A DNA stretch of 32,000 nucleotides, from contig CP066689.1 in NCBI GenBank assembly GCA_016432445.1, forward strand, positions 390,001 through 422,000. Reading direction: 5' to 3'. Source of the DNA: Candidatus Saccharimonadota bacterium. GTDB lineage: Bacteria; Patescibacteriota; Microgenomatia; UBA1406; GWC2-37-13. This document shows, one piece after another, positions 16,380 through 25,826 of this stretch; positions within the stretch are counted from its first letter, which is position 1, and each line of letters opens with the position of its first letter. The notes under the pieces are model-generated. The model was not told the DNA's origin. It made no database searches and worked only from the letters and a program-made list of their open reading frames with translations. Both the position numbers and the translations under genes were made by a program.

Positions 16380-17306
16380 ATGATAGAACCAACGTTTTAC
16401 ACACAAAAACAAGAAGAGTCAGAAGGTTATACGCGTTTTGTTTTTGAGCCGCTTAACCCAAGTTTTGGTCAGAGTCTTGGAAACTCTTTACGAAGAACCT
16501 TGCTTTCTTCTCTTCCTGGCGCAGCCGTAACATCTGTTAAAGTAGAAGGAGCTTCGCATCTTTTTACAACTCTGAAAGGGGTTAAGGAATCTGTTTTGGA
16601 TTTGGTCCTTAATCTTAAACAGTTACGTTTTGAAATACCATCTGAAGGGTCATTTAAAATGAATCTTACAGTCAAAGGTAAAGGAAAAATTTACGGAAAA
16701 GATGTAGAAGGAGAAGTGAAAATAGTCAATAAAGATTTATATTTAGGTGAGATTACAGATGATAAAAGTAAGATTGATATTAAAATGATTGTTGAGATAG
16801 GTTATGGGTTTGTACCATCTGAGGAAAGAGAAAAAAAAGAGAATGGTTTTATTGCTATTGATGCGGCTTTTTCGCCAGTAATAAAAGTTAATTTAAAGGT
16901 TGAAGAAGCTCGAGTTGGAAGAAAAACAAACTTTGATAGATTAATTATGGAAATATGGACTGATAATAGTATTACGCCGGAGGAAGCACTGCGTCAGGCA
17001 TCAAATATTCTGGCTAAACAGTTTAACCATATTCTTGCTGAGCAAAGTGTTCCAAAGCAAGCAATTCCTGAAGTAACTGAAGAAACACAAATCGAAGGCA
17101 AAGGAGTTAAACTTGATGAGATCATCATTGATGAGTTAAATCTTCCATCAAGAGTTATTAATGCACTTTTAAGAGAAAATATAGAAACAGTAGCTGATCT
17201 TAAAGAAAAAGGCAGAGATAAGCTTGTAGGTTTAAAAGGTGTAGGACGCAAATCTATTGATTTAATAGATGAAGAATTGAAAAAAATGGGAATAGAGCTC
17301 AAATAA
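16380..17306 (+). CDS. rpoA: DNA-directed RNA polymerase alpha subunit
   Basis: 308 aa, G.SLGN.LRR.LLSS.PG.A. C-terminal domain with LNL..R..N.L motif. Confidence 0.95.
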   Translation: MIEPTFYTQKQEESEGYTRFVFEPLNPSFGQSLGNSLRRTLLSSLPGAAVTSVKVEGASHLFTTLKGVKESVLDLVLNLKQLRFEIPSEGSFKMNLTVKGKGKIYGKDVEGEVKIVNKDLYLGEITDDKSKIDIKMIVEIGYGFVPSEEREKKENGFIAIDAAFSPVIKVNLKVEEARVGRKTNFDRLIMEIWTDNSITPEEALRQASNILAKQFNHILAEQSVPKQAIPEVTEETQIEGKGVKLDEIIIDELNLPSRVINALLRENIETVADLKEKGRDKLVGLKGVGRKSIDLIDEELKKMGIELK

Positions 17307-17317
17307 TTATAAATAAT

Positions 17318-17350
17318 CTAAGATCCAAGATCTAAGATCTTAGATCTTTG
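17318..17350. repeat. Heptad-array palindrome (AAGATCY words)
   Basis: CTAAGAT CCAAGAT CTAAGAT CTTAGAT CTTTG. 14 of 16 positions are self-complementary. Confidence 0.8.
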
Positions 17351-17360
17351 AAATACACAC

Positions 17361-17783
17361 ATGAGGCATCAGTTAAGAAAAATTAAAATTCAGAAAGGAT
17401 ACGACGCCAACAAAATGCTGGTGAGGAAATTGATAGTAAATTTCCTAAAAGTCGGCAGGATTACGACCACTGAAAAAAAAGCCAAGATTTTAAAACCAAT
17501 TATAGAAAAAATAGTTGAAAAATCTAAAGCGCGAACAGAATCTAATAAAAATCATTTATTAAAAAAATTGGCGAATCCTAAGTTAGTAGAACTTTTATTT
17601 CTAAATGTAGGGAAAGCATTTGAAGAAAGAGTAGGAGGCTATGTTAAGATAGAGAAGCTTTCCGAAAGAGAATCAGATGGAGCTTTAATGGTTAGGCTTA
17701 TATGGAGTAGTCCAGTAGTTTTTGAAGGCCAAAATAAGGAGATAATAAAAAAGAATCCAGTAAAAAGTGAAAAATTGAAATAA
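17361..17783 (+). CDS. rplQ: 50S ribosomal protein L17
   Basis: 140 aa. MRHQ...L.R start, GGY.KI pattern, and position after rpoA. Confidence 0.92.
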   Translation: MRHQLRKIKIQKGYDANKMLVRKLIVNFLKVGRITTTEKKAKILKPIIEKIVEKSKARTESNKNHLLKKLANPKLVELLFLNVGKAFEERVGGYVKIEKLSERESDGALMVRLIWSSPVVFEGQNKEIIKKNPVKSEKLK

Positions 17784-17789
17784 GCTTGT

Positions 17790-18221
17790 ATGAAACAAAT
17801 TACCAAATCAACAAAACCGGTTTCAGAAAAACAAATTAAAAGAGAATGGCATTTAGTGAATATGGCTAAAGAAAGATTAGGAAGAGTTACTAACGAGATA
17901 GCCAATCTTTTACAGGGGAAACGTAAGACAACCTACGCACCTTATATTGATTCAGGTGATTATGTTGTAATTATTAATGCAAAAAAAGTTACCTTATCAG
18001 GTAAAAAAACAGATACGAAAGTATATTCTTATTATTCAGGCTATCCTGGAGGTTTGAAAAAAGTAAGTTTTAAAGAATTAATTGAAAAAAAGCCTGAGGA
18101 AGTCATCCGTCATGCGGTTTCTGGAATGCTGCCTAAAAATAAACTTAGAGATAGAAGATTAGCAAGATTATTTATTTTTGCGGATGAACATCATCCTTAT
18201 GAGGATAAATTAAAAAAATAA
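17790..18221 (+). CDS. rplM: 50S ribosomal protein L13
   Basis: 143 aa, W.LV.....LGR....IA..L.GK....Y.P..D.GD.V...NA motif. Confidence 0.95.
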   Translation: MKQITKSTKPVSEKQIKREWHLVNMAKERLGRVTNEIANLLQGKRKTTYAPYIDSGDYVVIINAKKVTLSGKKTDTKVYSYYSGYPGGLKKVSFKELIEKKPEEVIRHAVSGMLPKNKLRDRRLARLFIFADEHHPYEDKLKK

Positions 18222-18229
18222 GTGTTATT

Positions 18230-18685
18230 ATGGTAAAAAAAACAATAAATTTACAATACTATGAAGCTGTAGGTAGAAGAAAAGGATCGGTTGCCCGAGT
18301 AAGACTCTATATAGCTGATAAGAATAAAAACATAACTGTAAATGGTAAGAAACTTTCACAAGGTGAAATTATAGTAAACAATAAACTTTTTAATGAGGTG
18401 TTTAAAAGAGAAGTTGAAAGACAAAAATTTCTTTTTCCTTTAAATATAACTGATAATCGTGATAGATTTACTATTTCTGTTTTAGTTAAAGGAGGCGGAA
18501 AAACAGGTCAGCTGGATGCTATAAGACACGGACTAGCCAGAGCTCTCTCTCTTGTTGATGAAGATGCTTGCAAACCAACATTGCGTCATGAAGGTTTACT
18601 TACACGGGACGCTCGTGTAAGAGAAAGAAGAAAGGTTGGCATGGGTGGAAAAGCCAGACGCAAAAAACAATCTCCAAAACGATAA
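18230..18685 (+). CDS. rpsI: 30S ribosomal protein S9
   Basis: GGG.TGQ..A.RHG.ARAL and the LTRD.R..ERKK.G..KARR..Q..KR tail. Confidence 0.95.
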   Translation: MVKKTINLQYYEAVGRRKGSVARVRLYIADKNKNITVNGKKLSQGEIIVNNKLFNEVFKREVERQKFLFPLNITDNRDRFTISVLVKGGGKTGQLDAIRHGLARALSLVDEDACKPTLRHEGLLTRDARVRERRKVGMGGKARRKKQSPKR

Positions 18686-18702
18686 TATTCTTTTTTTCAG
18701 GC

Positions 18703-18711
18703 TGTTATAAT
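18703..18711 (+). promoter_or_regulatory. Extended -10 promoter candidate for the glycan cluster
   Basis: TGtTATAAT, with TG at 18703-18704 and TATAAT at 18706-18711, 18 nt before the ATG at 18729. Confidence 0.3.
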
Positions 18712-18728
18712 GATTATTGCAACCTTTT

Positions 18729-19628
18729 ATGAAAGATCTATCAATCGTTATCCTTTCCTATAATACTAAGGAAATTACTTCACAATGTATAAAATCATTG
18801 GTTAAGAGTTTGACATCAGCAGTTTTAGGTGTTGAAATACTAGTTATCGATAATGCTTCGATTGATGGATCGGTAGAGATGCTTCAACACTTAGCAAAGA
18901 AATATTTAACTAAGTCAGATAAATTTCTTTTTAAACCGATTTTTTTTAAAGATAATTTTGGTTATTCAAAAGCAAATAATAAATCTTTGCTTCATTCAAC
19001 AGGCAAGTATCTTCTTTTTCTAAACTCAGATGTGATTGTTGATAATGTTAATTTTGATGTTTTAATGGAGTATATGAATTCATCGTCTGAAGTAGGAGGT
19101 TTGACTGTAAGGGTTAATCTTCCTAATGGCCAGATAGATCCTGCTTCGCATCGTGGTTTTCCTACCTTATGGCGTTCTTTATGTTATTTTTCTGGTTTAG
19201 AAAAATTATCAGCAAAATTACCAATCGCCAACAAATTATTCGGCGGATATCATTTATTAAGTTATAGTTTAAATATTCCGCATGAAATAGATTCACCAAG
19301 CGGTGCCTTTTTTTTAATAAGAAGAGAAATATTTGAAAAACTAAAAGGATTTGATGAAGAGTTTTTTATGTATGGGGAGGATTTAGATTTATCTTTTCGT
19401 ATAAAGGAATTAGGATACAAGATTAAGTATGAACCTTCCTACTGTGTAACTCATCTTAAATATAGAAGTGGTCTTAGTAATGATAATGATGCTATTAGAA
19501 ATAAAATTCAGGAGCATTTTTATGAGGCGATGAAAATATTTTACAAAAAGCACTACGAAAAGAAATATCCAGTGCCCATAAATAGTTTAATCTATTTCTT
19601 AATTAATTTAAAAAAACACTTTTCATGA
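18729..19628 (+). CDS. Family 2 glycosyltransferase
   Basis: LSIVILSYN...IDNASIDGS...LNSD (DxD-like) pattern typical of GT2. The ATG at 18729 is preferred over the TTG at 18717. Confidence 0.85.
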   Translation: MKDLSIVILSYNTKEITSQCIKSLVKSLTSAVLGVEILVIDNASIDGSVEMLQHLAKKYLTKSDKFLFKPIFFKDNFGYSKANNKSLLHSTGKYLLFLNSDVIVDNVNFDVLMEYMNSSSEVGGLTVRVNLPNGQIDPASHRGFPTLWRSLCYFSGLEKLSAKLPIANKLFGGYHLLSYSLNIPHEIDSPSGAFFLIRREIFEKLKGFDEEFFMYGEDLDLSFRIKELGYKIKYEPSYCVTHLKYRSGLSNDNDAIRNKIQEHFYEAMKIFYKKHYEKKYPVPINSLIYFLINLKKHFS

Positions 19629-20719
19629 AGACAGTAGGAATTGATGCAAGATTATACTTTCAGACCGGCGTAGGCGTTTATCTTCGCAATCTTATCTATT
19701 ATCTGCAAAAAATACGCCTTAATGATCTAAGGTTCAACATTTATATCTTGAAAAGCGATAGTGATAATATTCACTTTGAGAATAAGAACTTTATTAAAAG
19801 AGAAGTTACTTCAAGATGGCATAGTTTATCTGAACAGATTAGTTTTAAAAAAGATTTAGATAAGGATAATCTGGATTTAATGCATTTTACTTATTTTAGT
19901 TATCCAGTACTATATGATAAAAAATTTATCGCTACAATTCATGATTTAACGCCGCTTTTGTTTAAAACAGGAAAAGCTTCAACTCAAAATCCATTTGTAT
20001 ATGAATTAAAATATTTGGTCTTTAAATATATTTTGTACAACCAAGTTAAAAAGGCTTTACATATTATTACACCGACAAAAACTGTTAAAAAACAAATTTT
20101 AGAAGTATATGGTGTCCAGCTAAAAAGTAAAGTGACATCGCTTTATGAAGGAGTAGATAGTGCTTTGATAGAAAAAGAAGGCAATGCAGCTTTGGCGGAT
20201 AAGTTTAAACGACCATTCTTTATTTATGTCGGTACTTTTTATCCTCATAAAAATGTTAAAAATTTGATAAAAGCTTTCTCCAATATTAAAGAATCCATAC
20301 GTTTGGTTTTAGTAGGACCGCAAGATTATTTTGCTTCAGAGATATTAGCTTTAATTCGGCAGTTACATCAAGAGGATAGGATTGTTCTTTTTACTCCATC
20401 AACTCGTGAGGATGTAATTTTTTTCTACAAGAACGCCTCAGCATTAATACATCCTTCACTTTCAGAGGGATTTGGTTTACCCATTATGGAGGCTGCTTAC
20501 TATAATCTTCCCATTATTGCCTCTGATATTGAGGTTTTTAAAGAAATTTTGGATAGCCAGTATATTTTTTTTAATCCTAATGATGTAAATGATATTACTC
20601 AAAAAATCCATAAATTCCTTTCTGAGAAGCCTCAGTTTGATTATAAAAAGTTAGTAGCCCGCTATTCATTTCAAAAGATGGCTGAGGAAACACTCAAAAT
20701 ATATAAAAACTCGTTATGA
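19625..20719 (+). CDS. Family 4 (GT-B) glycosyltransferase
   Basis: 364 aa. C-terminal EX7E region PSLSEGFGLPIMEAA. Confidence 0.85.
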   Translation: MKTVGIDARLYFQTGVGVYLRNLIYYLQKIRLNDLRFNIYILKSDSDNIHFENKNFIKREVTSRWHSLSEQISFKKDLDKDNLDLMHFTYFSYPVLYDKKFIATIHDLTPLLFKTGKASTQNPFVYELKYLVFKYILYNQVKKALHIITPTKTVKKQILEVYGVQLKSKVTSLYEGVDSALIEKEGNAALADKFKRPFFIYVGTFYPHKNVKNLIKAFSNIKESIRLVLVGPQDYFASEILALIRQLHQEDRIVLFTPSTREDVIFFYKNASALIHPSLSEGFGLPIMEAAYYNLPIIASDIEVFKEILDSQYIFFNPNDVNDITQKIHKFLSEKPQFDYKKLVARYSFQKMAEETLKIYKNSL

Positions 20720-20740
20720 GTTATGGGTTCTGAGTTATGA
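20713..20740. repeat. Four GTTNTGR heptads: a half copy of the 58-nt element, with no inverted arm
   Basis: GTTATGA 20713, GTTATGG 20720, GTTCTGA 20727, GTTATGA 20734. Heptad 1 contains the upstream TGA stop (20717-20719). Heptad 4 contains the downstream ATG (20737). Confidence 0.8.
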
Positions 20741-21861
20741 AAATAGCTATTGTATATGATTGGATTGACAAATGGGGGGGAGTAGAAAGAGTTCTTTTAG
20801 CTTTGCACGAAATGTTTCCGGAAGCGGATTACTATACTTCATATGTTGATTATCAGTCGGCGGGTTGGGCTGAAGATTTAAATATAAGAACATCATTTAT
20901 AGCCAAATTTCCTTCATTCATAAAAAAAAACAGAATATTTTCACTTCCTTTCTATCCTTACGCTTTTGAATCTTTTGATCTTTCCGCTTACGATGTAGTT
21001 TTGTCTGTGACATCATCATTTGCTAAAGGCATTATTACTAAGCCAACAACCAAACATATCTGTTATTTGCTTACACCGACGAGATTTTTATGGGTTTATC
21101 CGGAGATTTATGAACAGAATAAGATAATCACGCCTGTATCATCATATTTCTCTGAAAAGTTAAGGGAGTGGGATTATCTAGCCGCTCAAAGACCTGACAA
21201 ATATGTTTCTATTTCTAAAAATGTGGCTAATCGCTGTCAAAAATATTATCGACAAAGTTCAGAAGTTATTTATCCGCCGTTTGATGAAGAATATTGGTCT
21301 TCATTGTCATCACGAATGCATTCAACAGTAGGGAACGATTTCAAACCGTTCCCTACTCAAAACTATTTCCTTGTCGTTTCCCGTTTGGAACCATATAAAA
21401 AAGTTGATCTTATTATTGACACTTTTAATAATTTACCAGATCAAAATTTAGTAATTATAGGACAAGGAACTCAGTTTAACTTACTTAAATCAAAAGCTGG
21501 AAAAAACATCGCTTTTTTACAAAATATCTCTGACGAAGAACTAGTTTCCTTATATAAAAATGCTCAGGCATTAATCATGCCGCAGGAGGAAGATTTTGGT
21601 TATGTAGCCATTGAAGCTCAATTTTTGGGATGTCCGGTAATTGCTTTTAATAAAGGAGGAGCAGAAGAAACTTTAATAGAAAATAAGACTGCAGTTTTTT
21701 TTAAAAAACAGAGTCCAGAGGCGCTAAGTGATGCTATTGCAAGATTTGCTTCATTATCATACAATTTAAAGAAATCAACAAAGACATTTGGGGTAGAACA
21801 ATCAAGGAAATTCTCTTTGATTAAGTTTAAGGTATTAATGCTAAAGGTAATCAATGATTAG
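20737..21861 (+). CDS. Family 4 (GT-B) glycosyltransferase
   Basis: 374 aa, GG.ERV near the N-terminus and EEDFGYVAIEAQ (EX7E). Confidence 0.85.
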   Translation: MKIAIVYDWIDKWGGVERVLLALHEMFPEADYYTSYVDYQSAGWAEDLNIRTSFIAKFPSFIKKNRIFSLPFYPYAFESFDLSAYDVVLSVTSSFAKGIITKPTTKHICYLLTPTRFLWVYPEIYEQNKIITPVSSYFSEKLREWDYLAAQRPDKYVSISKNVANRCQKYYRQSSEVIYPPFDEEYWSSLSSRMHSTVGNDFKPFPTQNYFLVVSRLEPYKKVDLIIDTFNNLPDQNLVIIGQGTQFNLLKSKAGKNIAFLQNISDEELVSLYKNAQALIMPQEEDFGYVAIEAQFLGCPVIAFNKGGAEETLIENKTAVFFKKQSPEALSDAIARFASLSYNLKKSTKTFGVEQSRKFSLIKFKVLMLKVIND

Positions 21862-21882
21862 ATATAAATTTTTACTTTAATA

Positions 21883-22968
21883 ATGAAAGCAGTAATTTTT
21901 GCTGGAGGTGTGGGGACGAGACTGTGGCCATTATCAAGAAAAAAATCACCAAAACAATTTGAAAAAATAATTGGAGATAAATCAACGCTTCAGCTTGCAG
22001 TAGAAAGACTCCTTCCAGAGTTTTCTCCTAAAGATATATTTATTTCTACAGGACAGCAGTATGTTTCTTTAATAAAAGATCAGCTGCGTATAATTCCTAA
22101 AGAAAATATAGTTGGAGAACCGGATAAAAAAGATGTGGGTCCGGCTGTAGCCCTTGTTATCTCGCATCTTGCCCGGAAGTTTGCTGATGAATCAGTGGTT
22201 ATCTTATGGAGTGATCACTTAGTTAAAAACCAAGACAGATTCAAAAAGATTCTTAAAGAAGCAGATTCTCTGATAAGAAGTGAAAAAGAAAAAATAATCT
22301 TTATTGGGCAGAAACCCCGTTTTGCTTCTGAAAATTTAGGTTGGATAGAGGTTGAGAAAGAATGCGTAGAAAAAGGAGGCGTGAAGTTTAGAAAATTTAG
22401 AAGCTTTAAGTATAGGCCTGATAAGGAATGCGCTCAAAGATACTTTAAAGATGACCGTTTTTGCTGGAATCTTGGCTACTTTGTTTCGACTCCCCGGTTT
22501 ATAGATAACCTGTTTAAGAAATATACACCTGAGATTCATGAATTAACAGAAAAGATTTCTGATCATTTGAATAAGGATGATTATGGAGAGGTGCTTAAAA
22601 AAAATTACATTTTAATGCCGGAGATTAATTTTGATAAAGCTGTTTTAGAGCATCTGGATAAAAATTATGCCTATGTAGTTGTTGAAGATATTGGTTGGAG
22701 TGATGTTGGAGCTTGGGAGGCTCTGAAAGAAGCATTAGAAGAAAAGAGACAAGACAATATTACAAAAGGCCGAGTGTTGCTTGAAGATTCTGTTGATAAT
22801 TTAGCTTACAATTACGATTCAAAAAAATTAATTGTAGGCATAGATTTAGAGGATCTTCTTATTATAAATACTAATGATGTCCTTTTAGTTGCTAAAAAGA
22901 CTTCAGTTCCTAAAATTAAACGTTTAGTGGAAAGCTTTCAAGGAACAGAAAATGAAGGACTCACCTAA
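21883..22968 (+). CDS. Sugar-1-phosphate nucleotidyltransferase, mannose-1-phosphate guanylyltransferase-like
   Basis: MKAVIFAGGVGTRLWPLSR..SPKQF N-terminus typical of ManC/CpsB-type enzymes. No isomerase domain at 361 aa. Confidence 0.85.
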   Translation: MKAVIFAGGVGTRLWPLSRKKSPKQFEKIIGDKSTLQLAVERLLPEFSPKDIFISTGQQYVSLIKDQLRIIPKENIVGEPDKKDVGPAVALVISHLARKFADESVVILWSDHLVKNQDRFKKILKEADSLIRSEKEKIIFIGQKPRFASENLGWIEVEKECVEKGGVKFRKFRSFKYRPDKECAQRYFKDDRFCWNLGYFVSTPRFIDNLFKKYTPEIHELTEKISDHLNKDDYGEVLKKNYILMPEINFDKAVLEHLDKNYAYVVVEDIGWSDVGAWEALKEALEEKRQDNITKGRVLLEDSVDNLAYNYDSKKLIVGIDLEDLLIINTNDVLLVAKKTSVPKIKRLVESFQGTENEGLT

Positions 22969-22977
22969 AAATTTACC

Positions 22978-23649
22978 ATGCTAAATTTACGTTTAATCTG
23001 CAAAGGATCGACTTATAAGGTATATGTAAAGAGATTTTTTGATATCGTATTGGCCTTAATGCTTTTGATAATATTTTATCCAATATGTCTTCTTACATTG
23101 ATTGCGATTAAACTTGACTCTAAAGGGCCTATATTAGCAGATGTTCCTGAAAGAGTGGGTCAAGATGGTAAAAAGTTTAAGATGTATAAATTTAGATCAA
23201 TGATTGTTAATGCTCATTATCTTTTGCGTACTGATCCCAAGTTTACAGAACTTTTGGAGGAGTATAAGAAAGGAAGTTACAAATTAAAAAGTGATCCTCG
23301 GATAACCAGAGTGGGGAAATTTATTAGGAAGCACTCGCTAGATGAGATTCCTCAGTTAATTAATGTAATAAAAGGAGATATGAGTTTGGTAGGTCCAAGA
23401 GCTTATTATCCAGATGAACTTGAAAATCAGCAAAAAAAATATCCTGAAACACAGAAATTAGTAAAAAAAGTATTGTCAGTTAAACCAGGCGTTACCGGCT
23501 TGTGGCAGGTTTCAGGAAGGTCAGAGATTAATTTTGATAAGAGGATTGCAATTGATGCTAATTACGTAGATGATATATCGTTATTCAACGACATTAATAT
23601 AATTTTAAAAACTCCTTTAGTTATGATTTCTGGTAAAGGAGCAGTATAA
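22978..23649 (+). CDS. Initiating sugar-phosphate transferase (bacterial sugar transferase family, WbaP/EpsL-like)
   Basis: KRFFDIVLAL + TM, then SKGP.L....RVG..GK.F.MYKFRSM, DE.PQL.NV.KGDMSLVGPR. Confidence 0.9.
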   Translation: MLNLRLICKGSTYKVYVKRFFDIVLALMLLIIFYPICLLTLIAIKLDSKGPILADVPERVGQDGKKFKMYKFRSMIVNAHYLLRTDPKFTELLEEYKKGSYKLKSDPRITRVGKFIRKHSLDEIPQLINVIKGDMSLVGPRAYYPDELENQQKKYPETQKLVKKVLSVKPGVTGLWQVSGRSEINFDKRIAIDANYVDDISLFNDINIILKTPLVMISGKGAV

Positions 23650-23654
23650 CTAAT

Positions 23655-25496
23655 ATGAAAATTTTTAAAAAAAAGAATCGAAGAAAATTGTTTCTATTAG
23701 TGGTAGTATTTTTATTAATTTTTGCGTATTTCTTTATTTTTAGACCAGCTCAAATTATACAGGCAAAAGGAAAAATACTTGTTTCTTCGGCTAAAAGTTT
23801 AAAATCAGCTTTTTTGAAAAACGATATTGATTTGGCTAGAGTCGAACTTAAAGATTTTAAGCTTAAATATCAGGATTTTGAAAAAAGCGCTAAATCAGTT
23901 TATTGGTTATTTTTTATACCTTATGTTGCTGATTTTAAAAATGGGGTTGAGGCCGGAAACTATCTTATAAAAGCTGGAGAAGAATCTTTGGATGCAATTT
24001 ATCCTTATGCCGATCTTATTGGTTTCAAGAAAGGCACAGCCTCATTTGTTGAACGTTCTGCAGAAGATAGGCTGCAGACGGCAGTGGCGACACTTGACAA
24101 GGTTTTAGTCAAAATTGATTCGATCGCCGACAATGTAAACCAGGCAGAAATAAGAATAAGCAGAATTGATTCTAACCGATATCCGGAAAAGATCGGCAAT
24201 CTTGAGCTAAGATCGCAAATTATCACTCTCAAAACTGGATTTGAAGGTTTGGCTTCACTTTTTGTTGATTCAAAGCCAATGCTTAAAAAAATTCCTGATA
24301 TTTTCGGAAAAGATAAAGAGAAAACTTATCTACTTCTTTTTCAAAATGATAAAGAGTTAAGAGCGACTGGAGGATTTCTTACTGCCTATGCCGTGTTTAA
24401 TATTAAGGATGGCAAAATAAGAATTGAGAAATCTGAGGATATTTACTCCTTAGATAATAGTATATCTGGTCATCCGGTCGCTCCTGATAAAATTTTAAGT
24501 TATCATAAAGGTGTTTCGCAGTTTTATATCAGAGACAGTAATTTATCACCGGATTTTGTTGAATCAATAAGACTGTTTGAATCATTGTATAAAAAAAGCA
24601 GTGTCAGGAAAAATTATGACGGCATTATTGCTATAGATACGAAAATATTGGTTGATATGTTAACTATTTTTGGAGATACGGAAGCCGATGGTATCAGGTT
24701 TTCGTCCAACAGCGATAAACGCTGCGATTGTCCCCAAGTCATCTACCAGTTATTTGATATGGTTGACAGGCCTGTCGGTTATGTCAAAACCAATAGAAAA
24801 GGAATCTTAGGAGATCTTATGTATGCCCTTTTTTATAAAGCCATAGGTTTTTCGCCGTCAAAGTATTGGGGAACTTTGGCTCAAACCATGTTTAAAAATC
24901 TGGAAGAAAAACACATTCTTTTGTATTTTGTTGATCCGACAATCCAAACTTCAATAGAAAAGCTTAATTATGGCGGAAAAATAAACGATTCTACTTCAGA
25001 TTATCTTCATGTTAATAATGTCAACTTTGCCGGCGCGAAAGCTAACCTTTTTGTTACTCAAACTATAGTTTCAAAAACAAACTTTAATTCAGGTCAGGTA
25101 GAAAGGGAAGTAAATCTTGAGTATAGAAATCCTTATCCTCATTCCGACTGTAATTTAGAAAGAGGTGGATTGTGTCTTAACGCAACCTTAAGAGACTGGA
25201 TAAGAGTTTATGTACCAAAAGGGTCAAAATTAGTTAGTTTCTTAGGTTCGCAAAGTAAAGTCTTAACCTATGATGAACTTGGCAAAACTGTGTTTGAAGG
25301 ATTCTTACAAGTTACTCCCCAGGGAAAATCAAATGTAATTGTGAAATATACTTTGCCTGCATCAATTGATCCCAAATCCTATAAACTTATGATCCAAAAA
25401 CAGTCTGGTACAGAAAAAGATAACCTTAAAGTCAACATCGACGGCAATAAAATCTTTGACGGAATTTTTGATAAAGACAGAGAGTTTAGCAAATAG
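23655..25496 (+). CDS. DUF4012-like membrane-anchored protein
   Basis: 613 aa. N-terminal TM helix. LLLFQNDKELRATGGFLTAYAVF motif, as I recall it for DUF4012. Confidence 0.75.
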   Translation: MKIFKKKNRRKLFLLVVVFLLIFAYFFIFRPAQIIQAKGKILVSSAKSLKSAFLKNDIDLARVELKDFKLKYQDFEKSAKSVYWLFFIPYVADFKNGVEAGNYLIKAGEESLDAIYPYADLIGFKKGTASFVERSAEDRLQTAVATLDKVLVKIDSIADNVNQAEIRISRIDSNRYPEKIGNLELRSQIITLKTGFEGLASLFVDSKPMLKKIPDIFGKDKEKTYLLLFQNDKELRATGGFLTAYAVFNIKDGKIRIEKSEDIYSLDNSISGHPVAPDKILSYHKGVSQFYIRDSNLSPDFVESIRLFESLYKKSSVRKNYDGIIAIDTKILVDMLTIFGDTEADGIRFSSNSDKRCDCPQVIYQLFDMVDRPVGYVKTNRKGILGDLMYALFYKAIGFSPSKYWGTLAQTMFKNLEEKHILLYFVDPTIQTSIEKLNYGGKINDSTSDYLHVNNVNFAGAKANLFVTQTIVSKTNFNSGQVEREVNLEYRNPYPHSDCNLERGGLCLNATLRDWIRVYVPKGSKLVSFLGSQSKVLTYDELGKTVFEGFLQVTPQGKSNVIVKYTLPASIDPKSYKLMIQKQSGTEKDNLKVNIDGNKIFDGIFDKDREFSK

Positions 25497-25826
25497 ATTG
25501 ACAAGATTTTCTATTTAGTGTAGGTAAGACTTTTTCAAACATTTATAATCCGCCAAGAGTAGGTGAAACAATTATAAGAAACGAGTTTAATACAAGAGCT
25601 TCAAATGAGGATGTTATAACGTGAGTTGCTGCTTTAAATTTTATCGCAGAAGAATTAACAAAAAAGAATGCTTCTAATACACCTCCGAAGTGAGAGAGAT
25701 TGTAATAGCAATCTATAATAAATCATAATCATATTATGAATAAAAGTATTAAGATGGAGGCGGTAGTGATTAAAAAAAGAAGAGATCAACTAATTAACTT
25801 AATTCTGATATGATTATAATCATAAG
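25497..25826 (+). promoter_or_regulatory. 330-nt ORF-poor leader upstream of the NYN gene
   Basis: No ORF longer than 25 codons on the plus strand. TTGACA at 25498-25503. Complementary GC islands: CCGCC 25550 with GGCGG 25759, AGGTG 25561 with CACCT 25680, CCTCC 25682 with GGAGG 25756. 14-bp perfect palindrome ATGATTATAATCAT at 25810-25823, 3 nt before the ATG. Confidence 0.35.

Noticed and set aside
25497-25826. Whether the 330-nt ORF-poor region is a known structured RNA (tmRNA, RNase P RNA, SRP RNA, 6S RNA, tRNA)
   Set aside because: I could not find the conserved motifs I know for these RNAs: no GGTTCGAATCC-type T-loop, no RNase P P4 sequence, no SRP GNAR/AGCA motif, no tmRNA tag ORF with a CCA end. 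It is kept only as an unclassified leader.
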